This document shows, one piece after another, positions 49,074 to 58,885 of a stretch of 64,000 nucleotides of DNA (position 1 is the first letter of the stretch; each line of letters opens with the position of its first letter). Source of the stretch: an uncultured Planctomycetales bacterium (GTDB lineage Bacteria; Planctomycetota; UBA1135; CAZZHK01); NCBI GenBank assembly GCA_964653725.1, contig CAZZHK010000007.1, forward strand, positions 35,629-99,628. The letters are read 5' to 3'. The position numbers were made by a program, and so were the translations under genes. The notes below the pieces were generated by a model. That model had not been told where the DNA came from and searched no databases. It saw only the letters and a program-made list of their open reading frames with translations.

Positions 49074-50194
49074 GGGGGCAGCAGGCCCCAGCCGTCGAGC
49101 TGCTCGATCATGGAGGCCGCCATGACCAGGTGGCCCTCCGCGTTGGGGTGCGCATCGATCCTGCTGATGCGGTAGCCGCTGTCCCGCACGCTCACCTGCG
49201 GCACCCAGCCGAACGGCACTCCCAAGGATCCGCACTCGCTCTCCAGGTCCTCGAACGTGTCGTCCTTCGCGGTCTGGGCGAAAACGGCAAGATGCCCGTC
49301 CTTGGAAACTCGGCCCCGGTGGAGGAGGGCGACGGCGCTCTCCGGCGTGAGATCCGAGTGCCTGTCGCGGTGCATGGACCCCGTGTCACCGAGCATCTGC
49401 TTTCGGATGGCTCGCCGCTCTTCGGGTGTGCCCAGGCGGTACCTCTCTCCCAGGGCGATCAGTTCATTCTCGGATGCACGGTGGTCCCATAACCTCCCCG
49501 TCCCTTCCGCGCCCCTGCTGATGTGCCAAAGGCCCCATAGACCAGGCAGATAGAGGACCCCCTTCTTCGGCCAACCGCCGATGCGGCGCTCGTAGTAGTC
49601 CCGCATGGTCCAGCCCCCCCAATCGTTGCGCACGGCCAGGATGGTGACGAGGTCGGGCTGCAGCGCCCTTCCGACGGCCTCATAGAAGTAGAGCTCCTGG
49701 CTCGTGTTGAAGCCGGGCACACCGAGATTGACGACCTCGATGTCGCCGCGCCCCTGCTCTTCCAGCATGGACTCGAGGACGACCGGATACGGGGCGTCAT
49801 CGTCCACGCCGGAGCCGAAGGTCACGGAATCGCCCAGGCAGACGATCCGGAAGGCGCCGCGCGGCTTCTTCCGGCCCACCATGGGGCCCCGGTAGCCGGC
49901 CTCATTGATGGTGTAGGTTGCGTCCGCCACCACGCGCGCTCCAGGCACGGGCGCGTAGAACACCCCGGCAGCGTCGGACCAGCCGAGCAGGGAATTGTCA
50001 TCCCCGAACCGGAATCCCCAGAACTCCGCATAGCGCGCAAAGAGGCTGATGCCCCCCGGGTTGAGGGCGATGAGGGCCCGGTCCACGGCGAACAGGCTGG
50101 CGGCCGAGGACCCCAGAACGAGGCCCAGCCGGATCAGCCAACGGCGAAGCCGGACTGCTCCGCCCTCGCGATTCTTCTGACCCGCAAACGCCAC
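49058..50194 (-). CDS. SGNH/GDSL-family hydrolase with N-terminal membrane anchor
   Basis: Block I is IVCLGDSVTFG. Block V is DAHPNAEGH. Confidence 0.8.
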   Translation of the reverse strand: MAFAGQKNREGGAVRLRRWLIRLGLVLGSSAASLFAVDRALIALNPGGISLFARYAEFWGFRFGDDNSLLGWSDAAGVFYAPVPGARVVADATYTINEAGYRGPMVGRKKPRGAFRIVCLGDSVTFGSGVDDDAPYPVVLESMLEEQGRGDIEVVNLGVPGFNTSQELYFYEAVGRALQPDLVTILAVRNDWGGWTMRDYYERRIGGWPKKGVLYLPGLWGLWHISRGAEGTGRLWDHRASENELIALGERYRLGTPEERRAIRKQMLGDTGSMHRDRHSDLTPESAVALLHRGRVSKDGHLAVFAQTAKDDTFEDLESECGSLGVPFGWVPQVSVRDSGYRISRIDAHPNAEGHLVMAASMIEQLDGWGLLPPQRDE

Positions 50195-50246
50195 CGGGCC
50201 ATTCTCGACGACCCCGCCTGGACTGGCAACCGGAGCGCCTCTGCCC

Positions 50247-51350
50247 TCACCGCACGCCCGAGGCGAGCGAGAACATGGGCAGGTAGAGCGCCGTCAGGAT
50301 CACCGCCACCAGCAGCCCCATCCCCAGGATCACCACCGCTTCCAGCAACGTGGTCAACCGCTGCAGAGCCGCCTCGACCTTGGTGCGGTAGTACTCCGCA
50401 GTCTCGGTCAGCACCTCGGCCAACTCGCCGGACTCCTCGCCGACGCGAGTCATCGAAACCGCCAGGCTCGTGAACACGCCGGTGCGCTCGACCGCATCGG
50501 CCACCCGGCCGCCGCGCCCCACCACCATTCCCACCTGGGCCATCGCGCCCCGGTAGACGGCATTGGTGGTGAACACACCCTCCAGGATCTCCATGGATCG
50601 GAGCAGCGGCACGCCGGCACGCATCAAGAGCGCCATGTTGTCGGCGTAGGTGTGCATGGCGGACATGACGGTGATGGGCCCAGCCACCGGCAGGGCCATG
50701 CGCAACCGATCCCACAGCAGCCGCCCGTGGGGCCGGCGCACGACCAGCCGGAACAGCCAGGCGAGGAGCACCGCACCGGCCAGCAGCAGCAGACCCCGCC
50801 GCTGCAGGAAGTCGGAGGCGTCCATCACTGCCACGGTGATGGGCGGCAGTTCCTTGCCGAACGTCGCGAACATTTCCGCGAAGGTCGGGACCACGTGGAC
50901 CAGCATGACCGCCACCGCCCCGACCGCCACGACCAGGACGATCGATGGATAGACCATGGCGGAGATCAGTTTGCGCTTCAGGCGGTCGGCCGCCTCGTAT
51001 TGCGACGCCAGCTGGTCGAGCACCTCGGCCAGCTCGCCCGATTCCTCGCCGCTGCGCACGACCTGGACCCACTCGGGCCGGAAGTAGCGCGGGTGGGCCC
51101 CCAGGGCGGAGTGCAGCGGGCTGCCTGCCGAGACGCGGTCGGCCACGTCGTGAGCCGCCCGAACCATCCTGTCGCTCTGGGACTGGTCGGCCGAGACCCG
51201 CAGCGAGTCCACCAGTGGCGTCCCTGCGCGGAACAGGGTCGCCAGCTGCCGCAGGAAAGCGAGCCGATCAGCCGGCTGGACGCGGCCGTGGCGGCGGCCC
51301 GCAAGGCGCGGCTTGAGCAGCCGCCAGGCCCATGAGGGTCCGCCCTTCAT
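50247..51350 (-). CDS. Type II secretion / type IV pilus platform protein (GspF/PilC family)
   Basis: Two T2SSF-type repeats are present (...VVRSGEESGELAEVLDQLA... and ...MTRVGEESGELAEVLTETA...), with three TM segments. Confidence 0.9.
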   Translation of the reverse strand: MKGGPSWAWRLLKPRLAGRRHGRVQPADRLAFLRQLATLFRAGTPLVDSLRVSADQSQSDRMVRAAHDVADRVSAGSPLHSALGAHPRYFRPEWVQVVRSGEESGELAEVLDQLASQYEAADRLKRKLISAMVYPSIVLVVAVGAVAVMLVHVVPTFAEMFATFGKELPPITVAVMDASDFLQRRGLLLLAGAVLLAWLFRLVVRRPHGRLLWDRLRMALPVAGPITVMSAMHTYADNMALLMRAGVPLLRSMEILEGVFTTNAVYRGAMAQVGMVVGRGGRVADAVERTGVFTSLAVSMTRVGEESGELAEVLTETAEYYRTKVEAALQRLTTLLEAVVILGMGLLVAVILTALYLPMFSLASGVR

Positions 51351-51353
51351 CGG

Positions 51354-53117
51354 TCACATTCCCTCCCGCAGGTAGTCGGAAACCTCCTCCAGGGAGGTGG
51401 TCCCGTCCAGGAGCCGGTCCCTGGCACTGTCGGCCAGCGTCTCGATGCCCATTTCCCCCGCCGCTGCGCGCAACTCGGGTTCGCCGGCGCCGCCCGCCAC
51501 CTGTTCCTGGAGGTCGCGCCCGAACGGGACCACTTCGTAGAGCCCCACCCGTCCGCGGTAGCCCGTCCCGAGGCAATCCGCACACTCGGCATCGTCTCCC
51601 GGCCGCCAGACCCGGGTCGATGGCGCCAACAAGTGGCGCTCGGCGGTCGCATCGGGCAGTTCGGTCTCGGACCGGCATGCCAGGCACAGGCGCCGCACCA
51701 GTCTCTGGGCCTGGAGCAGCCGCAGTGCGGGCCCCAGGAGGAACGGCTCGACCCCCATATCGACCAGCCGGTGCACGACCTGGAACGAGTTGTTCGTGTG
51801 CAGCGTGGACAGCACCAGGTGGCCGGTCAAGGCCGCCCGCATGCAGATCTTGGCGGTCTCCGTATCCCGGACCTCCCCCACCATGATCACGTCCGGGTCC
51901 AGCCGCAGGAACGCGCGCAGGCTGCGCGCAAAGTCGAGCCCCACCCGGCTCTTCACCTGGACCTGATTGAGCCCCTCGAACCGGTATTCCACCGGATCCT
52001 CGACGGTCAGGATGTTCCGCTCGGCCCGGTTGATCTGCTGGAGGCAGCAGTACAGCGTGGTCGACTTGCCCGAGCCGGTCGGCCCGGTGACGAAACACAG
52101 CCCGTGGGGAGCCGCCGCCGCGTCCATGAAGTCCGTCGCCTGGCGGCCGCTGAAGCCGAGGTCGGTCAGGACCTCCGGAATGGCGGCCTTTTCGAGCAGG
52201 CGGATCACCATCTTCTCGCCATGGACGGTCGGCACCGTCGCCACCCGCAGGTCCACGCGGCGACGGCCCAGCCGCAAGGCGATGGCGCCGTCCTGCGGGA
52301 CGCGTCGCTCGGCAATGTCCATGTGGGCCAGGATCTTGAGACGCGACACCGCGGGCACGAAAAGGGAGGGCGGCGGCGGACTCGCCTCGAGGAGGACCCC
52401 GTCCACCCGGTAGCGAATCCGCACCGCGTCCTCGTAGGGCTCCAGGTGGATGTCGGAGGCGCCGCGTTCGACCGCCTCCGCCAGGATGGCATTGACGATC
52501 CGCACCACGCGGTGCCCTCCCGCGCCGTCATCCAGATCCAGGATGTCGGCCACCGGGCCGCCGTTGACGGGTTCGGCCAGGACCGCCTCGGCAGCGATCT
52601 CGCGCACCTTGTCGCGCTCGCCGAACAACTCGTCCAGCAATGCGCGCAGCAGCCCCGCCTCAACGGCGACCGGCCGGACCGAGGACCCGACCCGCAGCCG
52701 GGCCTCCTCGACCGTCGAGAATGAACCGGGGTCCAGGCACGCCAGCTCGTCCTCCGCGACAGGCACGCACCGGCGCTCCCGGCAGAACTGCTCCCCCAGC
52801 AGCGTCGCTGTCGTCTGCACCTTGCCGGCCACCGACGAGGGAGGACCCAGATCGCTGGCCTGCCCCGACTCGTCGTGCCGCACGACCTCGCTTCCCGTCA
52901 GCCCGAACCAGGCGAGGCCCAGGCGCCCGGCATGGGCACGCGCCACGGCGTGCTCGTCGGCGATGCCCGACTCCACCACCGCATCCTCCAGGGCGGAGGC
53001 CGGTGAGTCGGCCAGTCGCTCCAGGGCGTCGGACGGCAGGACACCTGCTTCGTCCAGCGCACGCAGAAGCGGCGGCAGCACCGTCTCGGCCGGATCCGGC
53101 ACGGGCGAGACGCTCAC
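51354..53117 (-). CDS. Type II/IV secretion ATPase (GspE/PilB family)
   Basis: GTG start. Walker A is VTGPTGSGKSTTL. Asp/His boxes and the tetracysteine C..C...C..C (CLACRSE...CADCLGTGY) are present. There is an N-terminal T2SSE_N-like domain. Confidence 0.92.
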   Translation of the reverse strand: MSVSPVPDPAETVLPPLLRALDEAGVLPSDALERLADSPASALEDAVVESGIADEHAVARAHAGRLGLAWFGLTGSEVVRHDESGQASDLGPPSSVAGKVQTTATLLGEQFCRERRCVPVAEDELACLDPGSFSTVEEARLRVGSSVRPVAVEAGLLRALLDELFGERDKVREIAAEAVLAEPVNGGPVADILDLDDGAGGHRVVRIVNAILAEAVERGASDIHLEPYEDAVRIRYRVDGVLLEASPPPPSLFVPAVSRLKILAHMDIAERRVPQDGAIALRLGRRRVDLRVATVPTVHGEKMVIRLLEKAAIPEVLTDLGFSGRQATDFMDAAAAPHGLCFVTGPTGSGKSTTLYCCLQQINRAERNILTVEDPVEYRFEGLNQVQVKSRVGLDFARSLRAFLRLDPDVIMVGEVRDTETAKICMRAALTGHLVLSTLHTNNSFQVVHRLVDMGVEPFLLGPALRLLQAQRLVRRLCLACRSETELPDATAERHLLAPSTRVWRPGDDAECADCLGTGYRGRVGLYEVVPFGRDLQEQVAGGAGEPELRAAAGEMGIETLADSARDRLLDGTTSLEEVSDYLREGM

Positions 53118-53602
53118 GGTCCCACCTCTTCTGCGGGCACTTCGCGTGGCCGCGCACCCAGTTCCAGGACATAGACCCGGTCCCGCCAGGCGACGGTTGC
53201 CAGGGTCGATTCGAGACCGGTCAACACCGGCGGATCGTCCGGGTCGATATCCGGAATCCGTTCGCCGAGGCCCACGTTCCGTCCAGCCAGCCGGGCGCTG
53301 CCCCCGGTCCGGGTGAGCAGCACTGCCTCCAGCACCAGGAACGGGGCCTCCGGCGGAGGGCCTGTCACCACCGGGGGTGCATCGGCCGCCAGCAGCATCG
53401 GCGGCGGGGTGTCGAATGGGTCCGCCACAACCGCCGGAGCCTCGCCCTGTTCACGCGGCACCAGCAGATCCGGAGCGATCCGCGCTGTGACCGGCCGGAA
53501 GCCCGGCGGGCCACCGGGGCCGCCGTCCAGATGCCCCCACGCAGACCAGGCGAGCCACAGCCCGGCCACCGTCATGGCGTGGCGCTGCAGCAGATCAGGC
53601 AT
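53114..53602 (-). CDS. PilP/GspC-like bitopic assembly protein
   Basis: Start taken as the internal ATG at 53602 (MPDLLQRHAMTVAGLWLAWSAW, the TM segment). The C-terminal beta-rich segment is ARLAGRNVGLGERIP...VAWRDRVYVLELG. The stop overlaps the gspE-type GTG start. Confidence 0.45.
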   Translation of the reverse strand: MPDLLQRHAMTVAGLWLAWSAWGHLDGGPGGPPGFRPVTARIAPDLLVPREQGEAPAVVADPFDTPPPMLLAADAPPVVTGPPPEAPFLVLEAVLLTRTGGSARLAGRNVGLGERIPDIDPDDPPVLTGLESTLATVAWRDRVYVLELGARPREVPAEEVGP

Positions 53603-54167
53603 CGCCGTCCCCTCCGGCCATCGGATCCACCAGTCCGTGAAGAGTGGCTTCCATCCGGACCGTCTCGTCCCCGGGTCGCAGGGCCAGGTCACGGAGACGC
53701 ACGAGCCGCGGTCCCCGTTCGAGACGGTCGACAAGGTCGACCAGGTTCTCGAACGCCCCCTCGGCCTCGACGAGCAGTTCCACGATCCGATAGGGGCCCT
53801 CCAGGATGGTGGCGTGGGGCTCCATGCCGACCAGTCGGGTCCCGGACGCCTCGATCGAGGTGAGCACATAACTCTGCCACCCGACGGCGTCCGTGCCGGA
53901 CGCGGTGCCCGCACGCAAGGCAGCCAGCTGGCCGGACAGGAAGCGGGCATCTTCCGCTGCCTCGAGGAGCGCACGCGCCTGGCGGTGGTCGTCGCGCGCA
54001 TGCGTAAGCGCAGTCGCCAGCGGACGCAGGACAGCCAATTGGCCCAGCAGCCCGAAGGCGAGAGCCACTCCGAAGCGGACCCTCTTTTCGTCGCCGATCC
54101 ACCGGGACGCGGCCTTCCGCCAGGAGGCGAGCAGCTCTTCGTCGATCCCGGTCTCGAAGGGAGCCAT
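53595..54167 (-). CDS. PilO/GspM-like bitopic assembly protein
   Basis: Start taken as the internal ATG at 54167 (MAPFETG...). One TM segment, a coiled coil, and the ferredoxin-like end YRIVELLVEAEGAFENLVDLVDRLE are present. Confidence 0.5.
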   Translation of the reverse strand: MAPFETGIDEELLASWRKAASRWIGDEKRVRFGVALAFGLLGQLAVLRPLATALTHARDDHRQARALLEAAEDARFLSGQLAALRAGTASGTDAVGWQSYVLTSIEASGTRLVGMEPHATILEGPYRIVELLVEAEGAFENLVDLVDRLERGPRLVRLRDLALRPGDETVRMEATLHGLVDPMAGGDGDA

Positions 54168-55537
54168 CAGAAGTCCTCCGGGGTGCAGCGCACGATGATC
54201 CGGGAGGCCCCATCGTCTCGTTCCGCCATGGTCTGGACCGTGGCTCCCCCTATGCGCGGCACCACTCTGCCCACCTCCGCCGACCGGCCCAGCGCGTCCG
54301 TCATGGCCACCACCAGGTCCCCCACCGCTCCGACGGCCTCGGCCGACAGAACCAACTCCCGGGTGCCAGCCAGGCTGGCGGGTCCCGGATCGTCGCCACC
54401 GATCGCGACAAGATCCATGCCAGGCGGCACCACACCGGGCACCTCCCGCAGCACGGGGGCCCACTGTGCGCGGCCCGCGACGAAGTCCGCGGCGATCGAC
54501 AGGTCTCCTGCCCACCGCTCGCGGGCCTCAGGCAGACCCACAGCGTCCAGGCCTGTCGAGGCGAGATGCTGTCCGGTCAGCGCGTCCATCGCGGCAATCT
54601 CCCCGGCCAGACGGGACCGTTCCCGGGCCAGGGACACGGCGCCCACAGCCAAGACTGCGGCCACAGCCGCAGCAGCGGCCCAGGGAACGTTTTCGGCCCA
54701 TTTCGGGGGCCGGCGCACCTGGTCCAGCAGGTCCGGACCCGAGCGGATTCCCTTTGCCAGGGCGCGTGCACAGGCCTCCGGCCCCAGTGGAATGCCGCGC
54801 GCAGTGCGAACGGGCAGGTCGAGTCTCGCCTGCCAAGGCGCCGGATCGGCATCGGCGTCGGTCGATCGCACAACGACCTCGGCAGGACTGCCCAGGCCCA
54901 GGTCCTGGGCTGCGTGCTCGGCCAGACCCCGCACCGCGGCAGCGCCTTCCATCGAGGGACCGTTCCCGCAGTCGGCCGCGAAGGACCTCCAGGCCAGTGC
55001 GGTGCGGCCCCATCCCAGGACCGCCAGTCCTCGGTCTCCGTCCACGAGCACATCCAGGACAAGGGAACCCCGTTTCCCGCCTCCGGCGCGCCTCCAGAGA
55101 ACGGGCGCCAGCGGCACGAGCCGCGATCTGCGCGCCCGCTCGTCCCCGAGGCCGTCGCGGACCGCTTCTGCCACATCCAGGGGGCAAGCGGTCAGGAGCA
55201 GAAGTGTCGACCCGCCCGCACGCACTGTCTCCAGGGTGGCGGTGGTCTCGGCATGGTCACCGGACAGCCTCTCCGCAAGAAGATCAGCCGCCTCCTTGCC
55301 CGCATCCCTGTCGGTGCGGACCGTGGCGAGCGTGATCGTCAGATCGTGATCCAGGGCCACCATGGGTGAGCTGCCGGGCGGAAAGACGGCAGCAGCGGAC
55401 CGGATGGCGGCGGCCAGGGTCTGGTCCACTTCTCTGCAGGCCGGTGCCGCTCCGGCGTGCGCCACGGCGCACACCGAATCCCTGGAAATGCTGAGCCCAG
55501 CGGAACCCCGCCAGGCGATGCGTGCGAAGAGACCCAT
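54167..55537 (-). CDS. PilM-PilN-like (GspL-like) fusion: cytoplasmic actin-like domain, TM segment, periplasmic domain
   Basis: Start taken as the ATG at 55537 (MGLFARIAW...). A central TM segment (VPWAAAAAVAAVLAVGAVSLA) is followed by a coiled coil. The assignment rests on position in the operon and on topology. Confidence 0.45.
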   Translation of the reverse strand: MGLFARIAWRGSAGLSISRDSVCAVAHAGAAPACREVDQTLAAAIRSAAAVFPPGSSPMVALDHDLTITLATVRTDRDAGKEAADLLAERLSGDHAETTATLETVRAGGSTLLLLTACPLDVAEAVRDGLGDERARRSRLVPLAPVLWRRAGGGKRGSLVLDVLVDGDRGLAVLGWGRTALAWRSFAADCGNGPSMEGAAAVRGLAEHAAQDLGLGSPAEVVVRSTDADADPAPWQARLDLPVRTARGIPLGPEACARALAKGIRSGPDLLDQVRRPPKWAENVPWAAAAAVAAVLAVGAVSLARERSRLAGEIAAMDALTGQHLASTGLDAVGLPEARERWAGDLSIAADFVAGRAQWAPVLREVPGVVPPGMDLVAIGGDDPGPASLAGTRELVLSAEAVGAVGDLVVAMTDALGRSAEVGRVVPRIGGATVQTMAERDDGASRIIVRCTPEDF

Positions 55538-55603
55538 GACCGGTTGTGGACCTCTCTTCGGCAGCGAAGACTGCCCCACTTTAGATGTCCGATCCCTTTT
55601 CTT

Positions 55604-55620
55604 ACCTAGCCTTGCTAGGT
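55604..55620. promoter_or_regulatory. 17-bp palindrome in the divergent promoter region of the secretion cluster (candidate operator)
   Basis: ACCTAGC-ctt-GCTAGGT has perfect 7-bp arms. It lies in the AT-richer 224-bp gap between the divergent operons. Confidence 0.25.
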
Positions 55621-55761
55621 TTCTGCTTTTTATCTCAAGGCGTCCCACGGGCCAGTCGATAGGGCCGGGTGGAGGTGGATGAAAACCAGAAAGCCCGGTC
55701 CCGTCCCGGATCCCCTGCGTGGGGGACCCGCCGGGATCAACCCCCCTTTTGGGAGGGAACC

Positions 55762-56190
55762 ATGAAACCCAAGAATACGCAGAAAACAGAGCGAGGGTTC
55801 ACCCTTGTCGAGCTCGCCGTGGTGGTCGTCATCATCGGCGTGCTGGCAGCCTTCGCAGTGCCGCAGTTCCTGGAGTCCGTCGAGAGGTCGAAGGCCAGCG
55901 AGTCCTTCAATTACCTCTCCTCGGTCGCCTCGGCCCAGGCGCGCCACCAAGCTCGCAACAGCATCTATGCGAACCAGATGGGAGATCTGGACATCAAGAT
56001 GCCTACTCCGAAGAACTTCACCGTCGGCTCGATCAAGGTGCCGGCAGGGGAGCGGAGTCTCGAGACCGGGTGGCAACTGGCCCTGACGCGCTCCGGCGCT
56101 TCCGCGGGCTACGGTGACTACACAGTGGTCTACAACCACGAGGGCTTCGATGCTGCCACCAGCACCATCAAGTCCGACCTGGTGCCCTAG
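55762..56190 (+). CDS. Major pilin/pseudopilin with prepilin-type N-terminal cleavage/methylation signal
   Basis: A GGGAGGG Shine-Dalgarno sequence lies shortly upstream of the ATG. The protein starts MKPKNTQKTERGFTLVELAVVVVIIGVLAAFAVPQF. Confidence 0.8.
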   Translation: MKPKNTQKTERGFTLVELAVVVVIIGVLAAFAVPQFLESVERSKASESFNYLSSVASAQARHQARNSIYANQMGDLDIKMPTPKNFTVGSIKVPAGERSLETGWQLALTRSGASAGYGDYTVVYNHEGFDAATSTIKSDLVP

Positions 56191-56204
56191 GCGGACCGGC
56201 TCTG

Positions 56205-57659
56205 ATGAACCGGCAGGGTGTCCACATGAGGGAAAGGAGTCGCCGAGCGCGGCTCCTTCTCCTCGCCTTCCTCCTCCCCCACGCTTCCCGGGCAACCGCC
56301 CAGGAAGCCGCGGGGGAGGGCCCCGCCATCGTCGAGTTCCACGCCGTCGCCCTGGACGTCCACGAGGCCATCGGACAACTGCGCCAGATCGCGCAGCGCA
56401 ACGTGGTGGTCGCCCCCGGCGTCCAGGCCACCTTCACCGGCGACCTCTACAACCTGGACTTCGCCCAGGCGGTGGACCTCATCTGCGCCAGCACCGGGCT
56501 GACCGCCCGCGACGACGGCGCCTTCCTCTTTCTCGAGCCGGTCGAGCCGCAGGTGCGGGTCTGGCGCCTCGACTACGCGCGGGCCTTTGACGTCCTGAAT
56601 CTGGTGACGCCGCTGCTGAGTCCGCAGGGTCAAGCCACAGCAACGACCGCGCCACGGCAGGGCATCGCATCGGACCAGGAAGCGGCCGGCGGGGACGATT
56701 TCGCAGATACGGACGCCCTGATCGTCCGGGACCTGCCCACGCGCCTTGCACAGATAGCGAATGTCGTCGCGGCCGTCGATAGAGCACCCCGCCAGGTGAT
56801 CGTCGACTGCACGATCCTCACCGCCGAGATCACGGACGAGATGCAGTTCGGGGTCGACCTCACCAGCCTGGTCGGACAGTCGTTCGGCGGCACCGGAGCG
56901 ACCAGCACCGACGGCCTCTCGCTGATCCCCGGCGGCCTGGACGAGACTCAGCTGGACGGGACCGGCGCCGCCTCGACCGCCTTGCTGGACGGCTTCTCCA
57001 GCGGAGGGCTCCAGTTCGGCGTCATCAAGAACCACGTGGCCGGGTTCGTCCGGGCCCTGGACGACAAGACCAACGTGACGATCCTGGCCAGCCCGCGGAT
57101 CCTCACCCTGAACAAGCAGCGCGGCGAGGTGCTGCTGGGCCGCCGCGACGGCTACCTCACCACCACCGTCACCCAGACGGCGTCGATCCAGTCGGTGGAG
57201 TTCCTGGAGACAGGCACCCGGCTGATCTTCCGGCCCTTCATCTCGTCGGACGGCCACGTACGGCTCGAAATCCACCCGGAGGACTCGGATGGCGGCCTCA
57301 ACGACCAGGGCCTGCCGTTCAAGGAGACCACGGAGGTCACCACCAACATCCTGCTGATGAGCGGCGAGACCGTCGTTATCGGCGGCCTGTTCCGAGAAAA
57401 GGCGGACCTGCGTCGCCAGAAGGTCCCTCGGCTGGGCGACTTGCCGGGGCTCGGCCTGCTGTTCGGCAGCTCGCGACGCAAAGTCGTGCGCGAGGAAATC
57501 ATCATTCTTCTCACCCCCCATGTCCTCGGCGACAAGGGATCCAAAGGGCTTCGGATCCCGGTCGGGGACGGGGGGCGCACCCCAACGGCCGTCGACTGGC
57601 TCAGGTCTCGGAACCGCTCCGACCTGGAGACGCGGATGACCGGGGAGGAGGGATCGTGA
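56205..57659 (+). CDS. Secretin (GspD/PilQ family), short form
   Basis: The C-terminal secretin domain reads ILASPRILTLNKQRGEVLLG...VVIGGLF...VPRLGDLPGLGLLFG...IIILLTPHVL. The alternative start is 56226. Confidence 0.9.
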   Translation: MNRQGVHMRERSRRARLLLLAFLLPHASRATAQEAAGEGPAIVEFHAVALDVHEAIGQLRQIAQRNVVVAPGVQATFTGDLYNLDFAQAVDLICASTGLTARDDGAFLFLEPVEPQVRVWRLDYARAFDVLNLVTPLLSPQGQATATTAPRQGIASDQEAAGGDDFADTDALIVRDLPTRLAQIANVVAAVDRAPRQVIVDCTILTAEITDEMQFGVDLTSLVGQSFGGTGATSTDGLSLIPGGLDETQLDGTGAASTALLDGFSSGGLQFGVIKNHVAGFVRALDDKTNVTILASPRILTLNKQRGEVLLGRRDGYLTTTVTQTASIQSVEFLETGTRLIFRPFISSDGHVRLEIHPEDSDGGLNDQGLPFKETTEVTTNILLMSGETVVIGGLFREKADLRRQKVPRLGDLPGLGLLFGSSRRKVVREEIIILLTPHVLGDKGSKGLRIPVGDGGRTPTAVDWLRSRNRSDLETRMTGEEGS

Positions 57660-58138
57660 CCCGCGCGCTTCTGCTGGTCGCGGTCCTCCTGGCGTCCGGA
57701 TGCCTGACGAACCCGCGACGGAGGCCCGCTGCGGAGCCGATCAGCGCGCCGTCCGATCCTCGAGCGGAGATCGTCCTGGCACAGGCAGCTCCGGCGCTGC
57801 AGGAGGGGGACCTGGATGCAGCCCGCCTGATCCTGGACGAGGCCCTCCGGCGCGGGGTCCAGGACGGCCGCATCCATCTGGTCTTGGCCGGCATCGCTCT
57901 CGAGGAAGGCAGGATGGCGGCGGCCGAGAGGGCCGTCGACCAGGCCTGCGTCCTGCTGCCGGAGAGCGCCGAGGTGGAATTGCTGCACGGCCGGATCCTG
58001 GAGACCACCGGCCGCCTTTGGGACGCCTCGGCCGCCTATGGACGGGCCGCCTTCAAGAACCCCGACGACCCGGTGGCCTCTCTTGCCCGCGAGCGCGTAC
58101 TGGCCAACCTGGGCCCGCTGGGAGGCCTGGACCGATGA
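57656..58138 (+). CDS. TPR lipoprotein (pilotin/PilF-like candidate)
   Basis: A GTG start overlaps the secretin stop. The lipobox is LLASGC. TPR-like helices follow. Confidence 0.65.
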   Translation: MTRALLLVAVLLASGCLTNPRRRPAAEPISAPSDPRAEIVLAQAAPALQEGDLDAARLILDEALRRGVQDGRIHLVLAGIALEEGRMAAAERAVDQACVLLPESAEVELLHGRILETTGRLWDASAAYGRAAFKNPDDPVASLARERVLANLGPLGGLDR

Positions 58139-58560
58139 CCGACCGCCGATCCGGATTCACCCTGATCGAACTGGTCGTCGGTCTCGCCATCAGCGCAAGC
58201 CTGGCCCTGGTCGCGGTACCCCAGTACATGGTCGCGGTGGAAGCCGGGCGGGTGGATCGCACCGCCTCGTCGCTTCGGTCCCTGTGGCTGGCCCAGCGGA
58301 TGTACTCCATGGAGAACGGTTCGTTCGCGGATTCACTCGGCGCCCTGGTCACGACGCGCCTGGCCCCGCCTTCGGTCCAGGAACGCGACGGGGATTTCCT
58401 CTTCTCGGTCGTCATCGCGGATGACGACACCTTCGTCGTCGAGGCCCGCCGGCGCGCCGGCGAGGCCTGGACGGGCATGTTCGTGATCGACCAGACCGGC
58501 ACGGTCACGGGCTGGGTCAGCCATGGACAGGGTCTTGTCGTTGGACCGCCGGCGTCCTGA
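58135..58560 (+). CDS. Pseudopilin with prepilin-type N-terminus
   Basis: ATGA overlap with the upstream gene. The protein starts MTDRRSGFTLIELVVGLAISASLALVAVPQY. Confidence 0.75.
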   Translation: MTDRRSGFTLIELVVGLAISASLALVAVPQYMVAVEAGRVDRTASSLRSLWLAQRMYSMENGSFADSLGALVTTRLAPPSVQERDGDFLFSVVIADDDTFVVEARRRAGEAWTGMFVIDQTGTVTGWVSHGQGLVVGPPAS

Positions 58561-58885
58561 GCCGGGCGGCTTCTCCCTTCTGGAGTGCCTGGTGGCCCTG
58601 CTGATCCTGGTCGGCTCGGTGCTGGGCGTACTGCGTCTCGTCCTGGCCCACCAGGCCGTGCTGGTCGACGCGGAGGCATGGGCGCAGGGAGAGCCCGACT
58701 ACTACCTGGCCCCGGTGACGGACGGACACGAAAGGACCCTGGGCCGACCGGCCCGGTTGTCCGCAGTCCCGCCCGTCCCGCTGCCGCCCTCCGCGGATCC
58801 TGTGCAGACAGTCACGATCCTGGAGGTGGTCCTGGGCCTGGACCCGCCCACCGCCAGCGCCACCGTGCGAGTGGAGGCGCCATGA
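58523..58885 (+). CDS. Minor pseudopilin-like protein
   Basis: GGFSLLECLVALLILVGSVLGVL is present. The start is uncertain and overlaps the previous gene. Confidence 0.55.
   Translation: MDRVLSLDRRRPEPGGFSLLECLVALLILVGSVLGVLRLVLAHQAVLVDAEAWAQGEPDYYLAPVTDGHERTLGRPARLSAVPPVPLPPSADPVQTVTILEVVLGLDPPTASATVRVEAP

Noticed and set aside
55600-55620. A sigma-54 promoter (TTGC element) in the secretion-cluster control region
   Set aside because: TTGCT is present, but the required GG dinucleotide 12 nt upstream of the GC is TT here.
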